In this document: positions 1 through 19,371 of the stretch, piece after piece
How the letters are laid out: every line of letters starts with the position of its first letter
Numbering within the stretch: the stretch's first letter is position 1
Source: Chrysomallon squamiferum
Taxonomy: Eukaryota > Animalia > Mollusca
Assembly: GCA_012295275.1 (NCBI GenBank)
Contig: CM022679.1
Span: forward strand, 25,544,001 to 25,608,000
Reading direction: 5' to 3'
DNA: 64,000 nt
Notes under the pieces: model-generated
The model's input: only the letters and a program-made list of their open reading frames with translations
Database searches by the model: none
What the model was told of the DNA's origin: nothing
Translations under genes and position numbers: made by a program

Positions 1-274
1 TTTGTTGTTGATTTTAATTTTAATGATGCTTTTAAAGATTTATTTATTTTTTTTTCTAGTTTTTTTTTTTTTTTTTTAAATACTGTCATATACCAACCAG
101 TTTATTACTAGAAATTTGTTTAAGTCTTAAGTTCATTGTTCTACGATCTAGTAAATCATTTTATATAATGTTTTTAAAAAAAAAATGTAGAAGCAAACCT
201 GAAAAAATATATATTTTGATTATATAAACATTAAGAAACGACATTCAAACAAACCTGAAGTTTAATACCTTTCT

Positions 275-310
<36 letters not shown>

Positions 311-664
311 CTTTTTTTTTTCACTTTGTTAGTCTGAACAAAAGTACCGGTTCCTTTAATATCTTTTTTTTTTTTTTTTTTTTCACTTTGTTAGCAGGCA
401 GTCATCAAGTAAAAGTGACTTTAGTAAGAAATGCTAAATGATTCTCAACAAAAATAACTATCTAAACGTTCATAATACATTCTACATTATTTTATTATAA
501 TTATAGAATATTATCGTTTGCCGAAGTCCGTGTAGCTAGAAATGCCCCAAGTATGTCCAAACCGTCTACAAAGAAAACTGCGATTTATAGTCAAGTCGTT
601 GACATCTAATAAAATAAAATAAAATATATATATATATATATATAATGGCAAAATGGCAATTTAC

Positions 665-732
665 CACTCAGTCATGGGGAATTGATACGACTCTAGCTGC
701 AGATCGCTGGCCGGGCGTGGATATGGGTACAT
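665..732 (-). CDS. Putative first coding exon of an unidentified gene running off the left end, head-to-head with the GST
   Basis: The minus strand reads MYPYPRPASDLQLESYQFPMTE plus 2 nt, then a TG|gtaaat donor, in a GC/CpG-rich patch. An in-frame 3-codon upstream ORF (M-N-E-stop) precedes it. I recognise no homology. Confidence 0.4.
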
Positions 733-1055
733 CTTTTATTCGTTCATCCTTCAGCCAAACGATCGCTTCTTCGGGTCACAAGTGTCGGTTATATTTACAC
801 CGCTAAACATCCAGTCAGTCTGACCGTCCCCCGAAAGCCAACCTTTTAAAGATGACTGGTTCTTCCCGTTCACACCGGAAAGCTGCTGGTTAAGAAAAGA
901 ATTTTACAACAGTAATCAAATAAAAGCAGCGAGCAAGTCTACCGCGGTTTTATTTATTTTTTTGTCACAGTACAGTAAGTAATCTGTGGAGGATATTTAA
1001 AACAGACTGAAGGTGTACTCTGTCAGTTGTTGCGCGTACGTTACGGGAAAGAAAG

Positions 1056-1212
1056 ATGAAACTGTATTACTGGCCAGCGTACAGATCCGTGAGGTGCATA
1101 TGGCTAATTAAGGGTGAGTGTTTTTTTAAATATGCTGTAAGGCAGAATAAATCAGTAAATGTTAAATATATTTGAATATCAACGACAGCACGTTTAAAGT
1201 TTTGATGATGTT

Positions 1213-1274
<62 letters not shown>

Positions 1275-2470
1275 CCACTTTTTTTTTTTTTTTTTTTTTT
1301 TTTTTCTTTTATTTCATTTATTTATTTATTTATTTATTTATTAATTTTATGGGGAAGTTGTAGCTGATTTTTTTCAATTGTATGATCCTTTTTTCTTGTT
1401 TCTTTTCTTTTTCTTTTTATTAAAATTATTCTGACGTATGTATTCATATATTTAGGAGCAAATCTAGAGCAGTAGTTCGGCTTTATTTTTCTTTTTTTCT
1501 TTCTTTTCGGCACAAACATTTATTTATTTTCCTATAAGAAAATAATAAAAACATTTTTTGATGCCGTAAGCCTCTATCGAGAAACGAAGATGAATTGGAG
1601 AAGACAGCGGCACGTTTAATGTCTGTCTTAACACACCATCTACCCCCCACCAAACTCCTCCACTGGGTTTGCAAGTCCCAACACGATCTCCACGAAATAG
1701 GTCAAACCAGGGGCCGGAACTCGGTATTAGGTATATGTGGGTATGTTTGTTATCCTCGTAGGGTATAATCAGTGATGCCCTTCCCTTATTTTTTTTTTTT
1801 TTTTTTTAAATCTCTTCTACCCGTAATACCGGTACAGTGAATACTTCGAAAAGAATTCTGTTCTTTCACACACCTATATTTATAGGTCATGGCAGATTAA
1901 ATACGAGTCGCTTGCCAAGGATGTAAACATTAAAATTGTTAGTCAAGCGGAAGCACTTGTTAATCGTGTAAAAGACAAGAAACTTCATTCAGATAAATCC
2001 TTGAAAATGTCTGACTGCGTCTTAAATCATGTTAATTTCTACTCTTAGGTTTCACTAAGAGGCGGCGGCCATAGTGTCAAAAGCGCGAGCTATTCTTGTT
2101 GTACAAAGGATATTTGTCGCTTTCTGCTGGGTACAGGAATTTTGATTTACCCGTTAAAAAAATCCTTGACCTTTTTATTTCACTGAGCAGCCAAGCCGAA
2201 CAGAGATAACTAAGACCGAGATGCGGCGAGGCCCTGAAGGAATTCTCAGTCCAAACGTGAAGACTACTTTACACGTTAATCAAATTAGAGCGTATCATTG
2301 TTTAAAATGAACGGGTCACATGATCTCTGTTATCTTAATTTATTAATATACATATATTGACATGGATGACATGATATGTTGATCATTTTCGTTAATTCTT
2401 TCTCTAGTTGGTAATAGAATTTCGAATGTATATAACTGTAACGATTAACAAAAAAATAAAATAAAATAAA

Positions 2471-2528
<58 letters not shown>

Positions 2529-3285
2529 TAAAAAACCTACAAACAAAACGACAGCGATAACAAAAGATAGGGGATTAAACCTATCATTATTAGTCACATT
2601 AATTAATTTTAAATGTTTTGCTGAAGGACTTTATTGTACAAAAGTGACGGCAATAGTGTAAATAATAAATAATACCGGTCTTTATATATATATAAATGGT
2701 AACCGCATAAACAATATGGTTGACAGACTGCACCTTTGGTAATAAAATTTTATGAATTAATTTACAGAACTGGGTGTTGAAGATGATTTTGAATTTGTCA
2801 AAATGGAGCCAAACGGCCCAGATAAAAAAGCGCTTGATGATTACGTGAAGAACGTACATCCTCATGGACAGATCCCAGCCCTGGAGATAGAGGGAAATAA
2901 CTCCATTGTGGAATCCGGTGCTATATGCCTCTATCTGGCGAACAAGTACGGCAAACTGGGCCCCGACGAAGACAATGTGGCAGATTATTACAAGTAGACT
3001 AAAAATTATTATAATCTTTTTATTATTTTCCTTCTTTTCTTCTAATTATTATTCGAAAGTTTTTATTTATTTTTTATTTTTTGAAATAAAATGTTATTTA
3101 TATATTTATTTAATTTAATTTATAGAATTAAGATTTTTGTTAAAAAAAAATGAATTAGCTGTATATGAATTAAGTTACGAGATTAAAAGCAAAGAACGTA
3201 AGAATGTAATATAAAGTTTATATAGTATATTCTTATTTTCAGTGTTTTGCATGTTAAGCACGTAACTGAAATGAACACTTTCATT

Positions 3286-3324
<39 letters not shown>

Positions 3325-4261
3325 ATTTATTTATATATTTACTTTTTTAAACTTAACACAAATTACATAAAACTAATACGTTTGATAATTTCAACACGGA
3401 TTTTTAGTTAGTTCTATGTAGATTCTGAAATCACTTGAAAAAACACCAGAATCGTAGCATCAAGTTTGAAAACTTTCGTTTGTTGATATATCGTTATCGC
3501 TGTGTAATAATAAATAAGTAAGTAAATAAATTAAAACTAGAGTTAAATAAAATGAAATAATAATAATAATAATAATAATAGCATTATTATTATTATTATT
3601 ATTATCATCAGCTGGGTGGTATATGCTACGGCAACAATGGACACTATCTTGTCGACGTTGCTGAGCCATTATGTTCTTCATCTGACCAAGTACGATGATG
3701 CTTTTATGGAGAGAACTCACAAGAGATGGACATCCAGCCTCGACTTTCTGACAAAGAAGTTATCTGATGGAAGACAGTTTATTTGCGGAAACAAGTAATA
3801 ATATTTACTTTTTATTTATTTATTTTTTATTAGGATTTTAACTTTTAGCGCCATTTTTTACTTTCTTTCCAGGGTACAAGAACTCATTTATCACAGGCCA
3901 CCAATGCACGTCCATCAAAAATATTTTGTAGTAGTTGATAAGAAATTCGTATGTTACGTTTTTATTAGTTTAAAATGTTGGGCAAATCCTGTCTCACTTA
4001 ACCAAAGAGCTCTTATATGCCTCCAATGTATGTACTGTACATATTACTAGAATTATGCTGGATTTTGTATTTTAATATTATTTTTTATTATTATTATTAT
4101 TATTCAGATTTACTGCAGCAGACTGTGTTCTCGGATACTGCGTGGCATGGGCTGATTACATGAAAGAACAACATCTTTTACAGAATCACCCTGCTGTTCT
4201 CGACTACCTGAAGCGGCTGCAGTCGCGTCCAGCGTACCAGAAAGCATTTGAGTTTGTCTGA
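1056..4261 (+). CDS. Cytosolic glutathione S-transferase, bacterial/fungal GTT1-like type, 4 exons, 206 aa
   Basis: Exons 1056-1113, 2768-2993, 3612-3794, 4108-4261. All introns are GT-AG with consistent phases (621 nt including TGA). Motifs: N-terminus MKLYYWPAYRSVRCIWLIKELG, cis-Pro loop HPHGQIPAL, G-site ESGAICLYLA, N-capping box FTAAD, C-terminus LDYLKRLQSRPAYQKA. Confidence 0.95.
1218..1271. repeat. (GA)n microsatellite
   Basis: Perfect GA run. Confidence 0.98.
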
Positions 4262-4367
4262 CGATGTTGCATCAACACAAACTATATAGTAAACCACATA
4301 TTATTACACTAGAAATAAGACTTGACTGAATTAACCTCTGTAGCTACAGCAACGTAATTACATATTA

Positions 4368-4373
4368 AATAAA
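4368..4373 (+). terminator. Probable polyadenylation signal of the GST
   Basis: AATAAA about 105 nt after the stop codon, followed by a T/GT-rich tract. Confidence 0.55.
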
Positions 4374-4711
4374 TTTTGTTCATTCCATTTTTGTTTTTTG
4401 TGCTGGCTTTTTTTTTATTTACTTTTTGTTTGCCTGTTAGAAATAATATATATAATTAAGAAGTGACTTTATGAAAATCAAAGAAATATTGGACAGGATA
4501 TAATGTCCATACCTTTTAAAGAACATTTTATATTATCATGCTTTATTATTAGGAAAGTTATAATGAATAAAAAGATTCACTAGGGAACACATTGTATTTA
4601 ATTAAGAAACACTATATATTTAATTTAGTAAGTGACGTTAAAATTATTTAAATGTATTTATTAGTAACAGTAATATATAGCTGATTCATTGCTGTATGTT
4701 TAATTGTATGC

Positions 4712-5218
4712 AGGTCATTCCATGTCAAATCATCCAAAATAATGGGAAAAATGAAACCTTCCCCTATCAGATTTTGCTGAAACTTGGTACTTGGGTAAGT
4801 GGGACACTATGGAACTGATATTTCAGTTTTTAGCATTATTGGATAGGCAGTTTCTATGGCTCTCTCAATTTCAGAAAGTTTTATAAACATTCAGATGACC
4901 ACAGCTCAGCAATCATGTGTCAGTCTTGCTGAAATGACTGTTTCTAGAAAGATGATTTAACAAAGATTCAAAAAACGTCATTATCACTTTTTAATTTAAA
5001 AAAAAAAAAATAAAAATTTATTCTTTGGATAATCTGACCTAGATTTTGACCTTATGGATCAGGTGACTGTGGTGTTGCATTAAAAATGTAACATGTCTTC
5101 TACACAAAATTTGGGAAAAATCTCCCACATGCAGATCATTGTTCAAGTGCATCACTGTTTCAGCAAAATCAGAGCTAGTTGGGTTTTAATCATTGGGTGA
5201 TTGGATGTGGAATGAATT
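4712..5218. mobile_element. Non-autonomous DNA transposon (MITE-like) relic
   Basis: Degenerate terminal inverted repeats: GGTCATTCCATGTCAAATCATCCAA (~4713-4737) versus the reverse complement of TTGGGTGATTGGATGTGGAATGAAT (~5193-5217). A second, inner inverted pair: TCAGATTTTGCTGAAAC (4767-4783) and GTTTCAGCAAAATCAGA (5157-5173). No ORF. Confidence 0.7.
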
Positions 5219-7125
5219 AATAAATCTATATATTTTGAATTACTAGATCTTTATGTATTTTGAAGTAATAAATCTTTATATAATTAAAATGTCAACTTAT
5301 ATTACACTGTAGCTATGTTATCTGATGTGGTAAATAGTCAAACTGTCTCCCTGATGATATCAGATCCTGCAGTGCATCACACACTAGAGTCCAGTGACTA
5401 GACCATAGAGTTAACAACTGATAACAAATTTTGCTCAGGGAATTTACAAAAGCAAAAACATAACAAGAAATATTTATAAAACAATATATTTTTTTAAAAT
5501 TATTTTTTCACCAGGAAGAAATGTCTCAGTGCGTGCAAGTTTATGTATTTTACATGACTGTTGAGAATGTGTATGTGCATGCCACATTAAGTCCTCAATG
5601 AATTTACCAGTATCATTATTACTTAATACTCTTTTACACACTTGTACATATTGTGTCTATTTGTCTTTGAATAATTAATAATTGGTAAAAACATAAATTC
5701 CCAATTCTTCTGATATATAAACTATATAAAATTATCTGGTAACAATATGATGGAAACAAAAATCAATACATTTTTTTCAACATCTGTGTATTAATAATAT
5801 AAACATATTGTATTCAGTTTAATGATAAGCCAACAACAATCAAAAATATAAAACAATTGTGATATTAACATATAAATATATCATTCAGTTTGGTGTTAAA
5901 TAAATATGGAATGTTCATGGTACAATGACTGTATGATATATTGCACTTATTAGTTTTATTAATAAAATTGTTTAAAAATTAACATTTTCCATGTAAATAA
6001 AATAACAAAATTAATACAAATGTTTAAACATTAAAACAGTAAATATGAATCTCTAATAACAACAACCTTTTCAGATCCATTTCCCATTTGTACAAACATC
6101 AGATTTAGAATATTCCCAGAAAATAATTATTGCAAATTCATCAGTGTTACAAACTTTAAACTATAAACATTTTCATAATAAAATAACACATACATATACT
6201 ATTTCCTGAAATGCAAATTTAGATTATTTTGATGCAGTTGTTAATTATATTTTGTAATAGAAAATATATTAATAATTTTTATTTTTTATGTTTGAATAAA
6301 TATAACTGGTTATAAAAGGAGGAATTTTAAAATTTTTGATTTATTTTCATTTTTAATTTTTTTTATATATTTATATATTTTTTATTATTATTTTTTTTTT
6401 AATGAAAAAGTATAGATATAATTTTTTAAATTAAAAATATATGAACATGTACATTTCACATGTAAATTCAAATATTACCAAATATAACAGTAATGAAAAA
6501 ATGGGGCAAGCCTATTTCACTGGAATTATCATTACTTTTTTGGGGAAAAATGTATTTTACTTATATTATAAAAGATAAATAAAAAAAACACTATTTTATT
6601 AATAAAGCAGCAATATATGAAAGATACTGAACAATTTTGAATATAATTATACAAGATACATGGGTCACTGTTTGCAGTACATTAATAAATACATTATTTT
6701 CAATGCTTACAGCCATACTTGAGACTGAAATTATATAATTTGTTAAAATATTTCAGTAGACAGCTAACCATCTTACTCCATGTTCAGTTTTCTGGGTCTG
6801 AATCAAAAGAGAAGAGTGTCTAACACTGAGTTTCAGTTTTCAACATGAACCACTGCATGAAATTTAAATTTTTTAAGTCATTCTCATTCCTGGAAACATT
6901 AAATGTTGTTTGCATCCCTCAATCAATTAAAGGCAAATGTTGTTTGCTTGCCTTAATTTTTTTAAAGATAAACATTTTCCACAGTCTGTGCAGCATATGC
7001 TGCATGTTGCTTCAACATAAAGAAGGTAAATGCAAAATGCCTGCATCCCTTAAAGATAAATTTCTCAATCAGCAAGATGTAAAATGTTTTCAGACCTTCT
7101 TATTTATTAATTAAAAGATTCCTTG

Positions 7126-13627
<6,502 letters not shown>

Positions 13628-13767
13628 TTAAAATTACTGTATAACGTGGTATAAACATACAATTATGAACAGTTAATAAAATGATATGTGTCTGTTGTAA
13701 AACAGTTATCAAAATTACTATTGCTATTTAATTTTGAACTAATAATAAGAGTGAAAGACAATAGTAG

Positions 13768-13775
13768 TGACGTCA
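13768..13775. promoter_or_regulatory. Palindromic CRE (CREB/ATF site) upstream of WDR13
   Basis: TGACGTCA 200 nt upstream of the WDR13 ATG, in a CpG-retaining intergenic region. Confidence 0.5.
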
Positions 13776-14083
13776 TCGTATACTAAGGTGGATCGATTTG
13801 CTCTAAAGATTGTAATGTCATTGTGAAGGGATTAAATTGCAATACGACATACGTAGTTTTTCTAACAGTATTATTTTATTTTCATATTTTCTTATGAATT
13901 ATAAGACAGTTAAAGACCATAAGTACAGTTTAAAGTTTATAAATATTTCATTCACTATTATTACTATGTATACCATCATCACCATCATCATCATCATCAT
14001 AATTATAATTATTGTTATTGTTATTATTATTATTTATTAGTTCTTATATATTATTAATTTTTATTTTTGTTCTATTTATTTAC

Positions 14084-14117
<34 letters not shown>

Positions 14118-15035
14118 TATTATTATTATTATTATTATTTTTTTTATTTTACATTATGAAAAATACTTATTTATAGTAACAGGAATTTGCCCGGAGATAC
14201 CGTTAGAAAGTACATTTGGTGAATAATTAGGCAGTTTGGAGGTATTTTAAGTAATTTTAGTTGTCTGTATTTGACCTTTTTTGTCTTTTTTTTTTTTTTT
14301 TTTTTAGAGACAGAAGAAAATGAAGAAATGATTGAAAATTTTAATTTCAAGATCAGACAACTTCGGTTATATTATTTTAATTTAATTTGTTTAATTAATT
14401 CATTTCTTTCCCCAGCTTTTATTTATTTGTAGATGGCGTATCTAAATATTTGTGTAGTATTTTGTCAAACGCTGATAAGTGGGACGCAACTGAAAATAAA
14501 CGTTGATATATTGGCTGATCTTGTCTATGTTTGTTTATTTGTGCTTGTATTTATATTATCAATGTTTACAAAAAACAAAAACAAAAAAAAAAAAACACCT
14601 TATTTATATTTTGTATCCTATACACTTTAGTGATATAAAAAGCATTAACAATTATAATGTCATAACCAAATGAAATATTTTTAAAATGTATTTTAAAACG
14701 TATACAGTTATATATTGTGTTTTATTAAGATCTTTTTAGATTGTATCAAATGGTTTTAGGTTTATGCCAATAAAAACATATATAAAGAAGATGGAATCAT
14801 GTCAATAATATATACGTCTATATGTTTAAGAGTAATATTATGACATTAAATTTTAAAACGAAAACATTTTCAAGAAAGAATTACAATTCCATCAGGTCGA
14901 CGTCATTTCAGCCAGCGCTATTTTGGTGTTTTCTTTGATGTTCGTGTTTTTAGTATATAAATATCAAAAACTGACGTTAAATAAGAAGTTTGGGACGTTA
15001 AATAAGTCATATATGCATGTGTGGGATCCTGTATT

Positions 15036-15254
15036 CATATATATATATATATGTTTGTATGTATATAGATATATATATGTTTGTATGTATATAGATATAT
15101 ATGTTTGTATGTATATATATATATGCATGTGTGTGTGTATGTGTGTATGTATACATATTCATATGCATATATATATATATATATGTTTATACATACATAC
15201 ACACACAAACATATATATATATATATACAACATACACACACAACACACACAAAC

Positions 15255-15337
<83 letters not shown>
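15036..15337. repeat. Compound (TA)/(TG)/(CA)/(GA) microsatellite between WDR13 and the ceramidase
   Basis: Direct inspection. Confidence 0.95.
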
Positions 15338-15339
<2 letters not shown>

Positions 15340-15569
15340 AAAAAAACATACATGGAAACATTAAAAGGATAATAAACAAAAAAAAATAAATAAGTTTTTA
15401 TTATATTATTTTATTTTATATTTTTTTTATTTTTTTTATTTTTTTGTTTGTTTGTTTGTTTTTTTTGTTTTTTTTATTTAATTTTATGGAGTTTCTTCAA
15501 TATTTTAACTGGACACTCTATTTTGGAAGGACAGTCATCCCTTCATCATTCCTCGCCGTTTGCCAACGC

Positions 15570-15631
<62 letters not shown>

Positions 15632-15772
15632 TTGTTGTTGGTTTTTTGGGGTGTGTTTTTTTGTTGTTGTTTTGTTGTTGTTGTTTTTTTTGTTTTTTTT
15701 ATTTGGGAAAAAAATAAATTCTAATAAGTCAACCTATAATAAACAATAACAGTGATAGTGTTGTCAGTCTAA

Positions 15773-15805
15773 GTCACGTGACGTTATCTAACTTCATCAC
15801 GTGAT
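15773..15805. promoter_or_regulatory. Two CLEAR-type E-boxes (MiT/TFE or USF sites) at the ceramidase start
   Basis: GTCACGTGAC (15773-15782) and ATCACGTGAT (15796-15805), both within 50 nt of the ATG at 15823. Confidence 0.7.
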
Positions 15806-15822
15806 TTAGCGCTAATTCCGAA

Positions 15823-18800
15823 ATGGCAGGTGTTGGTGATAGTTGTATTTGGATGATCCTGTTTTTCTTTTCTATCAGTTTGACAGTTACAAAATGTCAC
15901 AGTCAATTTTCAGAAACTAACTATCTCATTGGAATAGGCATAGCTGACATTACTGGTCCTGCGGCAGAAGTGAACATGGTAATCATTCCAACTATTAATT
16001 GCATTAAACATGATTTGATTAATGTAAAATTTTAAACTTTACTTGAAAGTTACTTTAAACAAGAACGTTATTACAAAAATATTAAACATAGGTAAACAAA
16101 AAAAAAAAAAATAAAAAAAAAATAAATAAATAAAAAAAATAAAAATAAAAAAAAAATAAAAATGTTTAAAACATTCCACTTCAAAAAGACAGAAAGTGCA
16201 CAATATAGCTAAATGATTTTGATTATTTGGGTTAATTTTCTTTACAAACGCAAATAAATAATCAGTCATGAGTTTCAAAACCAAAAATATTAATGCATCA
16301 TTTTTAAACATTTTATTATTATTATTATTTTTTTTAATTGATTCATATGTATACTTTCATAAAATGTATCATTCAACAGATTTCTCAAAAATATTTTGTA
16401 TTTTCAGATGGGCTATGCCAGTCCTAAACAGAATACAAAAGGAATTCATTTCCGTCAGTTTAGTCGAACATTCATCATAGCAGACAGTGAAAATAAAAGT
16501 CGCTCAGTGTTTGTGAGCATAGACACAGCTACGGCATCCCAGCTTGTGAAGTTGGAGGTATCTTTAATCAATTTAGTAATTCAAATAATTCAACTGTATC
16601 ACTGATTTTTAGGGGAAAGAATATTCGGACACTTCTTTTATAATTAGGAAACGACTCATAAAATAACTACGTAATGAATACATTTTTTTGGATGCTATAC
16701 TGAAGCTTCCATTGACTGTTCTATAAAAGAGAAGTGTATATATTGTTATAATAATGTTTAAGTTAAACTATCAAAATGAATTTGGTTTTGGAAATAGAGG
16801 TACAGATTACAAATAATGAAAAAGAGAGAAAATGTATGTCTGTGTTTCTTATACGCTGTTGCAGAAAGGCAGAGGGTAGGATGGGAGGGAGAAAGAAACA
16901 AAGGGTGTGTTTTTATGCAGGTAGTTAAATATTGTGAACATTAATGTTCATAATTAATAAAAACAGAACAAATTATACTGTTTTTTGAAAGGCAATGGTC
17001 TTAACATAAAAACAATTAATAACATGATCAGTTATTCATATAAAGTTTCTTATAAAAATCAAAGGATTGGACATAAAGAGGTGATAGTGTCCAACGACAG
17101 ACTTTGTGTTTTCCAGGTTGTCAAGAGACTGGCTGCTCTGTATGGACCTGACCTGTACACAGACAGAAACATTGTTATCAGCTCAATACACACCCACTCT
17201 GGCCCAGGAGGGTATTTACAGTACTTGTTGTTTGACATCACCTCCCTGGGTTTTGTTAAAGAGTCCTTTGAGGCAATTGTTCATGGAATAGTCGAGGTTA
17301 GTTGTTAATTTCCTTCAGTTTCAGTACCATTAGCAACTGAAATTTTAGGTTTTCAGTTAGTTAACTTGATGACTGAAAAATTAACTTTTAACAGTTTATA
17401 TTTATACTGATGTTTTGAAATATATGATCATATCTTTATTGGTATATTTATATCTATTATTATATGAAGCATTTTTGATATTTAATATGTATTAATTTAT
17501 ATGTAAGTATTAATTTAAATTAAAATCATTCTGAAAGAAATTGAAAAATCTGCCTGGTCAGTGTATTTTTAATCACCGTTCTCACTAATTGGTAAATGTT
17601 AAAGGAATTACTGAGTTTAATTTACACTGTCTAATATCTTTTTTTTTTTTTTTTTCATGCTTTTAGATAATTTATATGATGAAAACATGTCTTATAGTCA
17701 GTAGCTTGTTAATTTTTTCTTTTGATTATTAATTTTAAACCTATTATTTCAGTTAAGAATTAGTCTATAAATAACTTAGCAGTGATTTACTGGTTATCAT
17801 GTAATATCATGTTTTTAAAAATTAATTTACAGAGTATTGATAAAGCACATAACTCCATTCAACCAGGAAACATCTACATCAATTCTGGAGAACTGCTTGA
17901 TGCCAACATCAACAGGAGTCCAACTGCATATGACAACAACCCAAAGGAAGAAAAACAAAGGCAACAAAAAAAAAAAAAAAAAAAACATTCATTAATCATT
18001 ACATATAAATAATATTATTTTATTACATAAATATTTTTTTCTGCAGACTGGTCTAGAGTTAGTACTAATTTACTTAGAAAATTCATACTTAAACAAGCAA
18101 CAAAAATAAAATTTTAATCTTTATCAAAGATTTTCATGGTTCTTACTTTCATATAATTTTGAAGTATTTATTTCCTGGTATGTATACTTCTCTCATTCTG
18201 TCTCCATTTCTGTGTGTGAATGTGGAAATTTTAAAGAATAAACAAGAGCGTATAAATGTTTTTAACTTTCAGATATAAGTATAATGTTGACAAGACAATG
18301 ACAGTACTGAAGATGGTTGATAGTCAAGGAAATGGTATTGGAATGATCAGGCAAGTTTAACAGTTTAAATTTGTTTGGTTTTTAAATATATTTTTCCTTT
18401 GTTTCTGTTAATACTGAATTTTTAATTATTAATTTTTTTTTTTTTTTTTTTGGCATTCCATAGTAGTTTTGTAACATTTAAAATAATGTTTTATTTAAAT
18501 GCTATATTACTATATAGTCTTCATATTGAATATTTGTTTATATTTTTTTTCTTTTGCAATCTATAGTAATTTTGTAACATTAAAAATATATTTTCTTTAA
18601 TTCTCTATTATTATATAGTCTTTATAGACAATTTTTTTTTTATTTGTTTTCTTGCAATCCATATTAATTTTGAAACATTAAAAATATATAAACTTTTTAA
18701 AAAATTCTGTTATTATTATATAGTCTTCATATCTGAACTGTTTGTTTTTGCAGTTGGTTTGCTGTGCACTGTACAAGTATGAACAACACAAACAGACTCA

Positions 18801-19338
18801 TCAGTGGTGATAACAAAGGTTATGCATCTCAGTTGTTTGAGAAACTGATGAATCCAGATAGCTTACCTGGTCAGGTGAGTGCACCTTAAACTGATAAATA
18901 AAATTTATCTTTATTTACTAATAACTTTTTTCTATTTCATTTTCAATGCTGTTTGTTTTCAATATGTCATATAGTCTCGACCTGCATCTTAAATATTTAT
19001 ATCAAACATGGTTATATATAATGATTGATACTACATACAGTTGTGAATGAAAACATTATGTGTGATCTAAGCTATAAATTGTTACACATAAAAGTAATGC
19101 AGTTATAACAATGAAATACAATCATGACTAAATTCACTGCCACACTCTATTATTACTGTTTTAAAAGTTAAATAATGAAATGTTATTTAATTTTTTTTTA
19201 ATTTTTATCTTTTCAATCCTTTAGAGATTTCTGGAGTCAGAAATATTAATAATTATAATTAATTCTTGAAGAAAGAAGAAGAAAGAAATTAAATATCTTG
19301 GATCATTTTCATTCCTACTACTGCAAATATACATCATC

Positions 19339-19371
<33 letters not shown>

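Noticed and set aside
5351-5421. Possible C/D snoRNA (TGATGA...CTGA)
   Set aside because: Not intronic, no terminal stem, and no recognisable rRNA antisense element.
16558-17116. Ceramidase intron 2 donor GTATCTTT as a second U12 intron
   Set aside because: There is no TCCTTRAC-like branch site near the 3' end, and it has a normal pyrimidine-tract acceptor. Treated as U2-type.
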